Positions 1 to 11,814 of a DNA stretch of 35,095 bases are shown here, piece by piece. A program made the position numbers and the translations under genes. The stretch lies in NCBI GenBank assembly GCA_038087875.1, contig JAXLNO010000067.1:62001-97095 (forward strand), given 5' to 3'. The notes under the pieces are model-generated. The model saw nothing but the letters and a program-made list of their open reading frames with translations, did not search any database and was not told where the DNA came from. Every line of letters starts with the position of its first letter. Position 1 is the first letter of the stretch. The stretch comes from Malacoraja senta (Eukaryota).

Positions 1-81
1 ACGCAAATGGGACATACCAACTCTTCAACTATCATCCCCCCTTACCTGACCTCAATTTTTTTTTAAAGGTACCTTTGCACC

Positions 82-2934
82 CTATATTTGTAATAATTCT
101 ATAAATGCAGACCACGTCAGGTGGAAGTGATCTGGTTTACCTGCTAGGAGGAGTCTTATCTCTTCTAGGTGTAATGTTTCGAACATATTTGAAATCCACA
201 TGTTTATAGTTGGTATTGGAGCCTTCTTCCAAAATTTTAGAATTAGCTTTTTTCCAGATATTAACCCATAGTCTATTAGTTTCTTTTGAAACACATTTAG
301 TTCTGGACCATCTTCCGTTATTCCGAAGATAATCCATTCTGCTTTGGGTATCAGTCTTATTTTAAATAACTTTGTAAAGATTTCAAAAATTTGATTCCAA
401 AATTTTTGAATTTTTGTACAGAAAACGAATGAGTGCGCTATAGTACCTTCTTGGGATTGACATTTATCACAAATAGATGATACATTTGGGAAAATTTTAT
501 GAATTTTAGTTTTCGAATAATATAATCTATGTAAAATTTTAAATTGTATTAAAGTGTGTCTTATATTAATCGAACATTTATGCACGTTTAATAAATGTTC
601 ATTCCAACTTTCCTTTGAAATTTTAATAGCTAACTCTTGTTCCCAGTCTCTTCTGGTACCCTCCGTAGATGGTATTTGTACATTTAAGATAATATTATAC
701 AAATATGATATTACGTTTGCTGATTCAGCTTTTATCTGCATTGCCTCATCCAATACATCTGCTGGGTTATTATAATGATCTTTTGTATATTTTTTCAAAT
801 AGTCGCATATTTGAAAATATTTAAAATATTGATTATTTCCGAGTTTATATTTTATTTGTAATTGTTGAAATGAAAGTAATTTTCCAGTTTCATACAAGTC
901 ACCGAGCGTTTTAACTCCTAGTCTATCCCAATGTGTAAAAGCTTTATCTATAATAGAGGGATTAAACGAAGGGTTATTAACTATAGGTAATAAAAGTGAT
1001 ACATTTCTTAATTTTAAATTTTGTTTTATTTGTTTCCAAATTCGGATTGTACTATGAATAATTGGGTTCTTATTATAATTTATATTATTCAATTTCATTG
1101 GAGAGAGGAGGATCGCTCCAATGTTTCCAGAGGAGCAATCCTCTTTCTCCATTACAATCCAGTCCACTTGCTGGGCGGAGTTATCCATCAGTTGAATCAT
1201 ATTTTTAATATTTACTGACCAATAATAATACATTAAATTAGGTAGTGCTAAACCCCCTAATACTTTAGGTTTATTCAGATGAGTTTTTTGTATTCTATGT
1301 GATTTATAGTCCCATATAAAATTAGTGATATCTGAGTCGAGTTTTTTTTTAAACTTCTTTGGTAAGTATATAGGAATCGATTGAAATAGGTATAAAATTT
1401 GTGGTAGAAAGATAATTTTTATTGCATTTATTCGGCCTATTAAAGACCTCGGGAGAGTTTTCCAGAATTTAATTAGTGTGTTTAATTTATTAAGTAGGGG
1501 ATCAAAATTTGCCTTAAACATACCTTGCTATGTTCTGGTAATTTCGATTCCCAAGTATTTAAATTTTTCTGTAGCTATTTTAAAAGGGAATTTTAAAAGA
1601 TGTGTTGAATCTTTCGGTTTTATTGACATAATTTCACTTTTATTCCAATTTATTCTATATCCAGAAAAAGATCCAAAGTCTTCAATTAAATGTAATATAT
1701 TTGGTATAGTTATTTGAGGTTTTGTAATGTACAGTAATATATCATCCGCGTATAAAGATATTTTATTATATGAGTCTTTAGTATTATATCCATGGATATC
1801 AGGGTGTATTCTAATTTTTTCTGCTAGTGGTTCAATAATGAGAGCAAACAGCTGTGGTGATAATGAGCATCCTTGTCTATTTCCCCTTGATAGTTGGAAT
1901 TTCGAGTATAATATGTTCTAAGTTAGTATTCTAGCTGTAGGTTTATTATATAGTAACTTGATCCATAGAATAAAATTCTCTCCCAGTTGGAATTTTTGTA
2001 ATACTTTATCCATATAATTCCATTCTACTCGATCAAATGCTTTTTCAGCATCCAGCGAAATAATTGATAATTCTTGATCTTCAGATTTGTGTGAGTGCAT
2101 TATGTTGAGTAGACGTCTCATATTGTTAGATGAGTATCTCTTAGGGATAAACCCCGTCTGATCTGGGTTTATTAATTCACTAATGTATTTACTTAATCTT
2201 CTAGCTAATGTTTTCGCTAATATTTTTTGATCTGTGTTTAACAATGCTATAGCTCTATATGAACCCGGTTCTTCTAAATCTTTGTTTTTCTTAGGTATTA
2301 GTGTAATCGTTGATTCGGCTAATGTATCAGGTAGTATTTGTTTTTTAAAAGCATATTGGTACATTTTTTGTAATCTTGGTATTATTTTATCATAAAAGCT
2401 TTTATAAAATTCATTAGTAAATCCATCAGGGCCTGGTGTTTTTCCATTCTTTAGTGAGTTTATTGTATCTTCTAATTCCTTAATTGAGATTTGTGCACCC
2501 AATTCCTCTTGTTCCTTCAGCTCTAACTTTGGAAGATTACAATTATCCAAAAACGTTGTGATATTATTGGAATCAATTGTCGTTTTAGATGTATACAAAT
2601 TCTCATAAAATTGCGCAAATCTTTTATTAATATCCTTTGATGTTGTTAATAATTCCCCTTTATCTGATTTAATCTTAGGTATAGTATGTTCCTTTTCTCG
2701 TTTTTTTAGCTGGCGAGCCAAAAGTTTATGCGGTTTATCCCCAAATTCAAAGTGCTCTTGTTTTGTAATTTGAAAAAGTCTTATAAGTTTGGCAGATAAT
2801 AATTTATTTAATTTAAATTTCAAAATTATTATTTTATTATGTTTATCTATTGATGGATCTTTAGCATTATCTATACCCATTTGTCTAATAAGTTCTTCTA
2901 ACTGTCTTTGTTCATTCTTATTCTTTTTATTTTG
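82..2934 (-). pseudogene. L1 ORF2 3' part: reverse transcriptase and C-terminal CCHC domain
   Basis: One reading frame: KTPGPDGF, YRAIALLNTDQKIL, SLDAEKAFDRVEW, GNRQGCSLSP, YADD (1752-1741), KYLGI, GGLALPN, CDKC..H...C. Two in-frame TAG stops at 1918-1920 and 1528-1530. Confidence 0.95.
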
Positions 2935-3119
2935 AATGCGCCATGTTGGACTAACAGACGTGCACCTAGCTCCTCTCCCGAAAAATTTCACGATTTATCG
3001 TGTAAAACGGGTCCAGAAATCGGGATTGTTTTTAAAAACCTTACCGGAGCTTCTGGTCGCCGCGCTGATAACATCATCATTAAGCGCGATGTTTTAAACG
3101 GTGGTTTAAAGCCCTTTAA

Positions 3120-4232
3120 ATGAGTAAACTGCCTCCAGCTGTGAGCCCTCAGAGATCAGTGAAAAAGCTGCTGAGAGACCAGAAGAAGTCTGAAGCAGAA
3201 GTTACCTCTGAAGTCTCTGAAGTCTCTGAAGTGGCTGCAGAAATGGATACAAGATCAAAGAAAGAGTTTGATGACAAAGAAATCAGTGAAAAATATGAAA
3301 GATGAGATTTTGGATGAAAATAAAATTATGATGGAAAATATGAAGGAAAATATGAAGGAAAATATGGGAAATATGATGGAAAAAATGGAAAAGATGATGA
3401 AGGATTTAAATACTGGTAATCAGAAGGCTATGGATGCTAGCAATCAGAAGATGATTGATTCACTGGACATTATGAATAAACAAATTGAGGATGTGAAAGA
3501 TGGACTTTCAGAGAGAATGGACAAGATGGATGAAACTACTACGGACAGGTTCACGGCTGTGCTTGAAACAGTAGCTGCAAGTATGCGCACAATTACGGAA
3601 TTGGAGAAAAACATGGCTCGAGTGGTTGAAGACATGGCGAAAATGAGGCAAGAACATGAGCAAATGAGGCGAGAAAATGAACAAACTTCACTACAGATGG
3701 TGACTCAACTTAGTAAAGTTTCAGAAAAATGCCTGGACCTGCAAGCTCGCTCTAGACGTCAGAATTTGAGAATTCTTGGAGTCTCAGAGGGAGCCGAGGG
3801 GGAGGACGTGCGTGAGTTTGCCATGGGCTTGCTTAAACAACTGCTGAATCTTTCCAAAGAACCGAAAATCGAAGTGGCTCATCGTGTCGCAAGATTTAAA
3901 CAAAGATCTGGTGTGGGAAAAATGTATCCACGACATATTATTGTGAAATTTCGGGATATTTTAGAACTGGAAGATGTTATGAGCAAAATGAAACATGGTG
4001 TGCAACTGCGGCTGGACAATGACACTATTAAGATATTCAGGGACTACCCGTATGAAATTGTGCAAAAAAGAAACAAATTCGAGAAGGTTAAGGATCTTTT
4101 AAGAGGGAGAGAAGGGATCAGATATGGGATTTTTATCCTGCGAAAATGCGTATTTCCTTGAAGGGTTCTGAAAAGTCATTTGTTAAGCCTGAAGACGCGT
4201 TTAAATATGCCCAAACTATCGTTGAAAAATAG
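3120..4232 (+). pseudogene. L1 ORF1 (coiled coil, RRM, CTD)
   Basis: RSRRQNLRILGVSEG, IEVAHRV, PRHIIVKF, IKIFRDYP. The frameshifted C-terminus reads FYPAKMRISLKG...IVEK* (TAG 4230-4232). Probable 1-bp indels in the A-run at ~3289-3293 and the T-run at ~4130-4134. Confidence 0.88.
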
Positions 4233-5071
4233 AAATCAAAGGGGGGTTTGGCAGAACTGAACCATCCTAAGCAATGCTTTGTCTGGGGATAGCTAGACTG
4301 TTATCTTTGGAATGTTGAATCAAGGACACTTTCTGTTCAAAACGAGTAAACAGCTGAACAGACGGGAATGGTATATACCAGAAGCATTTACTTGTTTATT
4401 AGATTATAATATTAAAACCAATTGTAAGAACTTATCCTATTAACAACTTAATAAGTTATGCATGTTAGATTAGAATACTAACAAAAACAAAAATAAAAAA
4501 TAACAAACTAACATACTAATATGAATTTTTAATAAATTGAAACCTTATCTATAAGTGGGAGGAGGGGATAAGAAACGAGCACCTGGCTTAGGCCCAGGGG
4601 CACGTCTCATTAACCCCTTCAACCAACAGTTGATTATTATTGAAGTCAAAAGTATCGGTTTAATAAATAGTAGTTAAAATTGCGATATATATATGATATG
4701 TTATAATGAAATATATAGGGTAAAATTGTATTATATATCTGAATGTGAGGCCCCGTTTTAATATTTTAATATGTTATGATTAACCAAGAGAGCGGAGCTA
4801 TTTGTTTAACAACACAATGGAAGTCAAAACAATGTTTTTTCCCACCTACAGGTGGGACACTCGCTACAGTGCCGACTATATCAGACACTGTATTTTCACT
4901 TTTTAGTTTTTTTTAAATTATCACATAAAATCACATGTTTGTGTTTTGTGTTTAGTGATAAGCGTAAAATGGATATACCAACAAAACTTAAAAATTCAAA
5001 AGTTCCCCCAATTCCCAAAGACCTGGGATATGGATGCACCACAAGATTTAAAGGTACTATAATTATTCAAA

Positions 5072-6021
5072 ATGCATGACACCAAACAAAAGAACTTAGG
5101 AGGAATCTCATTTTGTAGTTGGAATATAAGAGGTATTAACGAACCTATTAAAAGGGGTAAGATACTAGCTCAGCTGAAACTGTACAACTCCGAAATTATC
5201 TTCTTACAAGAAACACACTTAAAATCTCAGGATCAAGTTAGGTTGAGGGCGAAATGGATAGGTCAAACATACCATTCTTCATTCACTTCGAAATCTAGAG
5301 GCACGTCAATCATTATAAGAAAAGGTATACCATTTAAAGCAAAGAATATCATAACAGATATAGAAGGGAGATACTTAATAGTTAATGGAGAAATCCATGA
5401 TACTCCACTAACCTTGGTAAATATATATGCCCCTAACTTTGACAACCCCCACTTTTTCAATAAAATTTTCAACATAATTGCAGAGTTTAACTATCAAAAT
5501 GTTATAATAGGAGGAGACTTTAACTGTGTTTTAGATCCGTACTTAGATAAATCAAGCCAAAAACAGAGAGGGAATATGAAATCGAAAACCGGGGAACTTC
5601 TCAATACTTATATAAACAATACTAATATAGCAGATGTTTGGAGAATTGTTAATCCAACTGGCAGGGAATACTCGTTTTATTCAATGGTACATAAGACATA
5701 CTCACGTATAGACTACTTCCTGCTGGATACAAAATTAATCCCTCAAACATCTAACCCAATATACCACACAAATTCGATTTCAGACCATTCTCCACTAACT
5801 TTCTTTTTAAAACTGGAAGGAATGTTTAAGAATAAATCGTTTTGGAGATTTAATTCTCAAATTCTAAAAGATCCACAAGCGAGTATATATTTAAAAGAAC
5901 AAATGGAGGCCGTTTTTCAAATAAATGATACTCCAGATATATCGTCTACTGTATTATGGGAATCTTTTAAAGCATACATTAGGGGTATTATAATTTCATA
6001 TCAAGCTTTTCAAAATAAAAA
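5072..6021 (+). pseudogene. L1 ORF2 5' part: APE-type endonuclease and linker
   Basis: SWNIRGIN, FLQETH, NIYAPN, GGDFN, YSRIDYF, SDHSPL, WESFKAYIRG. Homology ends at QAFQNKK. Confidence 0.95.
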
Positions 6022-6022
6022 A

Positions 6023-6569
6023 TTCTGTTTTCAATACTGTTTAATTCTGTTTCGTTAGTTGCCCTAAATTAAGAGGGTTTGTTATTTGTTTTATGACCAA
6101 AAATAAAACAGTTTTTTGCATGATATTCAGTGTCATGTTTACAGCATTATTGATTATACTCAGAGTCAATCGATGCAGTGAGAAGCCGGGATTTTGATCT
6201 GCGGCATAAAATCACAGAGCTTTGAAATCTTCACGTAGTCACTCACGTGACACCGAAGTAAAATAGTAAGATTAAACGAGAACTTAACAGTTTGAAGTTT
6301 GATCTTTATTTTAAGAGGAGTTACGTTGGTGATTACGTGCCCGCCACGCCCAACCCTCTCTCATAGAAAAAAGGTCGTAATGGTAGTTCTCATGTTCCTC
6401 ATCTTAATATGTTACTTCCATTATTGTGTTGTCTGTGATTTCATACCGCTGCTTTGAAGATTGACGCGCATGCGCCCTGACGGGTCTTCTTCACGTAATC
6501 ACCAACGTAACTCCTCATAAAATAAAGATCAAACTTCAAACTGGTAAGTTTTCGTTTAATCTTACTATT
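6023..6569 (+). mobile_element. DIRS1-type retrotransposon A, 3' end (ICR, right ITR, rE); cut by the L1
   Basis: ICR2 6262-6339 is the reverse complement of terminal 6492-6569. ICR1 6229-6264 is complementary to the left-end sequence seen at 6778 and 29233. Confidence 0.85.
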
Positions 6570-6777
6570 ATATTATACTGAATAGCGGTGCTTTACCAAG
6601 CGGACTAAAGGTACCTGTTAATTAAACTTGTAATCTCGGGTGGTGTGAGGTGCATTCATTTTCATTGGACATTAGTGTCAGGGAGATGAATTGAAAATTT
6701 CAAACCAATGGTAGAAAAAAAAACTTTTAATGGATCTGGATAATACTGATGGGATCTGTGGTAGAGAGGAACTTTAG

Positions 6778-9700
6778 ATTTTATTTTGAAGTCACGTGAG
6801 TGACTACGTGAAGACCCTGCCAGCCCCCATGCGTGTCAATACACTGAACGCATGGGGCGCGAGTCGGAGCAGTTCGAAACTGCTCTGGCAGGTAAGTTAA
6901 TTATATTTTCAACGGGCCGCTGCGGACAGTGGGCTCGGAGTAGCTGATGGAGGCGGCCGGACTTGGGCCGCCGTGGAGGCTCCATAAGGAGCTAGATTCA
7001 ATATTGTGGCAGCCGCCGTTGGAGCTCCGAATGGGTGCAGGCGGCTGAATTTGGAGGCCACCGTGGAAGCTCCATAGGATCTCGGTTTCGTTATTGCGGC
7101 TGCCAGCTTTGGAGCACCAAACGGGAGCATGCAGCCAGATTTAAGGCCACCGTGGAAGCTCCATTCGTAGTTGGGGCTGCTAGCGCGGCTAGGCGAGCTC
7201 GCTGCTAAGATTAGCAGCAGACGGTAGTTTAAATATAGCCGTGGCTAGGTTAACGATCGCTGCTAAAGATAACAGCAGCCGGTGCTTTTGAAAATTAGCC
7301 GCGGCCAGGGCAGCGAACACTAGGTAAGCTCAGCTGCCACAGCGCCTACAAATTTTTAAACATAGATGCTGCTGAGGCAGCATACGCTGTAGACCAGCAT
7401 ATAGTGGTGTTCTCTATTTATAAGGGCATTTCAATATACTACAGATAGTTCTTTAATTGAAGTAAAAAATCTGAGGAGCTGATTAAGGCAGTTATAAATA
7501 GAGCTGGCAGTTTTTAATAGCGGTTGCTGTTCGGTCACGTTTGTGACTATCGCAGCAGATAGGACATTTATTATTATTCAACATATGGTGTAGTAAAATT
7601 TGACTTGCCATTACGGCACAGAATGGGGCTCCACTGGAGCGGGTGGCTTTTCGGAGGAACTCAATGGAGGCTCCAGAAATGAGCTCCTGGCTTTGGAAGC
7701 CTTTTTTCAGCTGTGTCTATTAAACATCTGTGGAGCAATACCTGGTGCAGGGTTGCATCATGATAATTTCCGCTCAGTAGAGGGGACTGTTGGAGACCTT
7801 TCATAAGAGACCCCAACCATGTGGATATCGACAAAGCAGTCAAATCTTTGATCCAATGGGGCTATGCTTCTGTTTAATCATATGAACAAACTATGTTCCG
7901 TATACCGGAAGCATTACAGACGGCTCCAGTAATTTGCCTGTGACAACACCTGGCAGGGTTGCAGTATTTCTCCCACCCTGTCTAATGGAGTATCGGGAAG
8001 AGGTGACTCCAATTATAATGCCGGCTCATCCGAGTCATATGGGGGCCAGAGGCCTGAGGAAACAACACCTAGTGCAGGGTTGCGCTCTATTTCCTCCCTG
8101 AAATACTCCGTTGAGGCTCCAGAAGGGAGCAAGGACTCAGAGTCACTGGCAGGTGCAACCTGTCTGGTAAGAATAATCAATAATGATGATTTATACCGAC
8201 TGAGCGCCGATCTGCACAGCTAGTCCCGATTCAGCTCCTAGAGGGAGCAGCTTGGCAACCCCGAGTTGGGGCAAAGTCAAAGCCAAGTCTGTGAGACAAG
8301 TCCTGTCGGACGATTTGGGTCAAGGGGATTCTCTCCCCATATCTATGGCAGATGTGATTGGCCGTTTATCTCAATTGGAACATCTGATAAATCAGATGGT
8401 GGCACTAAAAATGCTCCATGTTACGGAGGAATGCACAGGCAGTTCGAGTCATATGCCTGAGGCAACTCCTGGTTCAGGGTTGCAATATTCCTCCCACTTG
8501 GATGAAAGGAGTGTTGGAGATGGTGCCAAATAATATGCTCCGTGTTACGGAGGCATGCACAGGCAGTTCAAATCATATGCCTGTAGCAACTCCTGGTTCA
8601 GGATTGCAATAATCCTCCCACTCGGAAGAGTATTGGAGATGGTGTCACAAAAAATATGCTCCGTGTTACGGAGGCATGCTCAGGCAGTTCAAGTCATATG
8701 CATGTGGCAACGCCTGGTTCAGGGTTGCACTATTTCTCCCACTCTAAGGGAGTGTTCAGAGTCCAGTATGGAGGTGACTCTGAACATGACTCTGAACATG
8801 ACTTGTACCTGAATCCCATGCTTTAATGCATGATGCACGAGAGTCGCATAGGAAGAGCTGCTTGCTCTTGCCTCTAAATTTGCTGTTCCCTCTGGGACGG
8901 GCAAGCCACTACTAGAGGAGTTGGCCAGTGGCATCAGCTATCTAACATCACACCAGCTGAAGAAATAGAAAGCATGGCAGACAGGGTCTGCAAATGGAAC
9001 TTCGCTGAAGCTCCAACAAGCAAATCGACCCGGTTTCAGAGACCTGGCAGGTAAGGTCTCTTTAGTAACCTCCGTAATACTCCAAAATGGAGCAGTCTGT
9101 CAGCCCAGGTTTGGGTTTACTGGAAGCATGGGCTGTCTAGTATTTTTTCACTGTCTCTGGGATAGACCAGGTTGATGCAGAGACATTGGCAGGGTGCCGC
9201 ATAGTAACCTCTGTAAGAACAGCTTGGTTACCCTGGTTCAGGGTCGACCAAGATGGAATTGCCTGGCCATATGGGTCATATTGACCAGGGAAGCACTGCC
9301 TCATCATCTGTGATTGAGGTTATCAGGCTGCTCAGTAGAATGAAGTAGTTGAAGTCTTCCTCAACACATGTTTAAATTTCTGCTCAGTTAGTAGAGTTGC
9401 CGGTTCATTGGAAACATCATTGCCATCCTCTCTGGGATAGGTAGCTACCAGCAGGAAGCTGGTCTGGCATATAATTTTTTATCCGACCTGCAGGTTCATG
9501 TTGTGAATCAACAATGTATTTATAATAATCCGTAGGCTCTCAATACCAGTATTCCTGATTGAGTGGCGGGTCGAAGAGATTGGGTTGTGCACTCTGGCGA
9601 CTCAGGCAAGTGGTTTCAGTCAGAGGACTGCGAAGCAATTCTTGATTCAGGCTTGCATTGTGCTAAATTCCACTGACGAAAAACGCTGAGAATTCGTGGT

Positions 9701-11661
9701 GACTCTTATAGTCAAGAGTTGACAGGGTACTTGTATTCCCACATCAAGGGGAGACTGTGTTTTCAGCTCTAGTCATAAGGTTCTGATTATATGTTATCAG
9801 CGAAATGTATCAATAACTAGATAATGCATCTTCCAGGGCAAGAGAAGCCAAAAAATGTTCCGTCCGTATGGTCAATAGAGGAACAATGGTTCCGAGGGGA
9901 ATCAGTGACATCTCATCGGAGGATGAGTGGTCTGGCCAAGAACAAGAGGGGTATATTTCTGATACTTCTCAAGATTACAGAAACATGGAGCATGCCGAAT
10001 CAGGTTAGCATTTGACTATTCTGATCATGTGTTTAGTTACCCAGTTTAAATGGATGATTGGGTATCGGCAATTTAACTGATTCAGAGAATCGATCTTGAA
10101 GATGCATATTTTGCCATATCTATACACATGAGGCACAGATAATCTGGTGTTTGATAACAAAGCCAGTGGTGGAAGTCAATTCTGCCCTACTCAGATCAAA
10201 GGGCATTGTGTCATCGAGTTTTAGATAATATGCAAAATTTTGCAGCTGATAAAACTTGAGGGTTATCAGTAGATACCTCTTGCAATATTAAGTATGAGGC
10301 AACATGAAAATTAATAGTGCCAATTTTGCCTATTCATTCAGGCCATGGTAAGGCGGCTGAAGCAACTCCTATTTACTCGCTCACGAGTGATGGCTGAGGC
10401 AGCCTGTCTTCTCGGGCAGCTAGCTCTGCATGATTGTATGGGAAGTTTGTGAACAAAATATGTGAGTTACTTTTCAAACGGAAGTAACAGTGGTTTTGTG
10501 TGGCTTTCAGTTTGAGCCTAGAGAAGCGTTTATGTGATAGCACAATTGACACTGCTTGTGCTGCTTTGTAATTTTCTATAGTACCAAAAGTGGGACAAAA
10601 ATGATCGATTATTCACCCGCTGTTCACTAACGTTATGCAGGGTGTCTTTTATATGACCACTCTAATAGCCTACACTCATTGTAGTGTGCGATGTATATAA
10701 GTAAATTATTATGCAAATATTGTTCTACTGTATTCCTAATGGGAGCAATATTTTTAAGATGATTATGCTTTCAGTAACTGATCTCAGCACAAAGAACACA
10801 GTCTTTACTCAATCTCTGGCTCGGTCTCTGGGTCATAACTGACATTAGGGTAGTTTGAAATGGGCATGATTGCGTAGATTTGAAGTTGACAACATACCCA
10901 CCAGAGCAGAGATTGTGGGTGTCATTAGGTATACAAGTGCACTGAGCTTGCTACTACCTATGAGATGAAAGATAGTTTCTTTATTGTTATTCAATGGTCT
11001 CAAGATATTGCTGATGGCTCATTAGCAGCCAATAGAATGGATAGTTCCCTTTCATCATACAGCAAGAGGCTTACATAGTGCATGTTAATAAATTATAAAA
11101 TTTGGTTGAATATGTCTGAATATTTGCAGATATAACTCTACACAGTGTTACATGAGTTATTGTCCAACTCAAAGTCAATTGGGATTATGGTCCGGTTACG
11201 AACAATGGCCATGTATGCAAGTTAGCATCATGGTATTAATAACCCATGTTTTTCTACCATTAATCGTTTATCTGTTTAAGTGTTTCACACACAGATTGGG
11301 TTACTGCATGAAACCACAGAGCTTTGAAGACTTCATGTAGTCACTCACGTGACATCGAAATAAAATAGAAAGATTAAATGAGAACTTACCGTTTGAAGTT
11401 TGATCTTTATTTTATGAAAAGTTGAAGTGAGGGAATACATGCCCTCCACTCCCAACCCTACTTCTCATAAAGATCATTCAGTAGTTCTAAGGTCGTTAAT
11501 CTTTCTATAGTTTAAGTTCAGCAACTAGTCTGTGGTTTCATACAGCTGCTCTGAAGATTGATGCGCATGCGAGCTGGCGGGGTCTTCACGTATTCCCTCA
11601 CTTCAACTTCTCATAAAATAAAGATCAAACTTCAAACGGTAAGTTCTCTAATCGTTCTATT
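6778..11661 (+). mobile_element. DIRS1-type retrotransposon B, both termini present, coding region decayed
   Basis: Left end ATTTTATTTTGAAGTCACGTGAGTGACTACGTGAAG is complementary to ICR1 11331-11366. ICR2 ~11364-11441 is complementary to 11587-11661. Right ITR ~11558-11592. RT relic IDLEDAYFAISIH (10089); YR relics IHPLFTNVMQGVF (10611) and SAQRTQSL (~10784). Confidence 0.87.
8398..8760 (+). repeat. Three ~125-bp tandem units inside DIRS B
   Basis: ATGCTCC(A/G)TGTTACGGAGG...CCTGGTTCAGG(G/A)TTGCA at 8411, 8536 and 8657. Diverged copies near 7740, 7948 and 8067. Confidence 0.85.
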
Positions 11662-11814
11662 TCAATGGCAACTTTCTGGTTATGTGGTGAGGCTGCTGTA
11701 AGGACTGGGAAGCAGATGTAGTTCCCTAGTGATATGAGGAAGCTGGCTGAGGAAAACCACAAGATGGTAAAGCCTTAGCAATAGTCAGGAGTCAGGAGTG
11801 TTTAGTTGTCATAT

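Larger units (their letters stand above)
1..6021. mobile_element. L1-clade LINE, near full length, with inverted 5' half (3' half on minus 1-2936; 5' half on plus ~2937-6021)
   Basis: ORF1 and the APE endonuclease are on +, RT and CCHC on -. The halves overlap by TTCAAAATAAAAA (6009-6021 +, 2936-2924 -) and join in frame. The 3'UTR runs off the left edge. Confidence 0.93.

Noticed and set aside
2937..2991. N-terminus MKFFGRGARCTSVSPTWRI of the 357-aa ORF
   Set aside because: Antisense read-through of the inverted L1 5'UTR, not part of ORF2.
8398..8760. CRISPR-like array
   Set aside because: Eukaryotic context; whole units are homologous, with no unique spacers.
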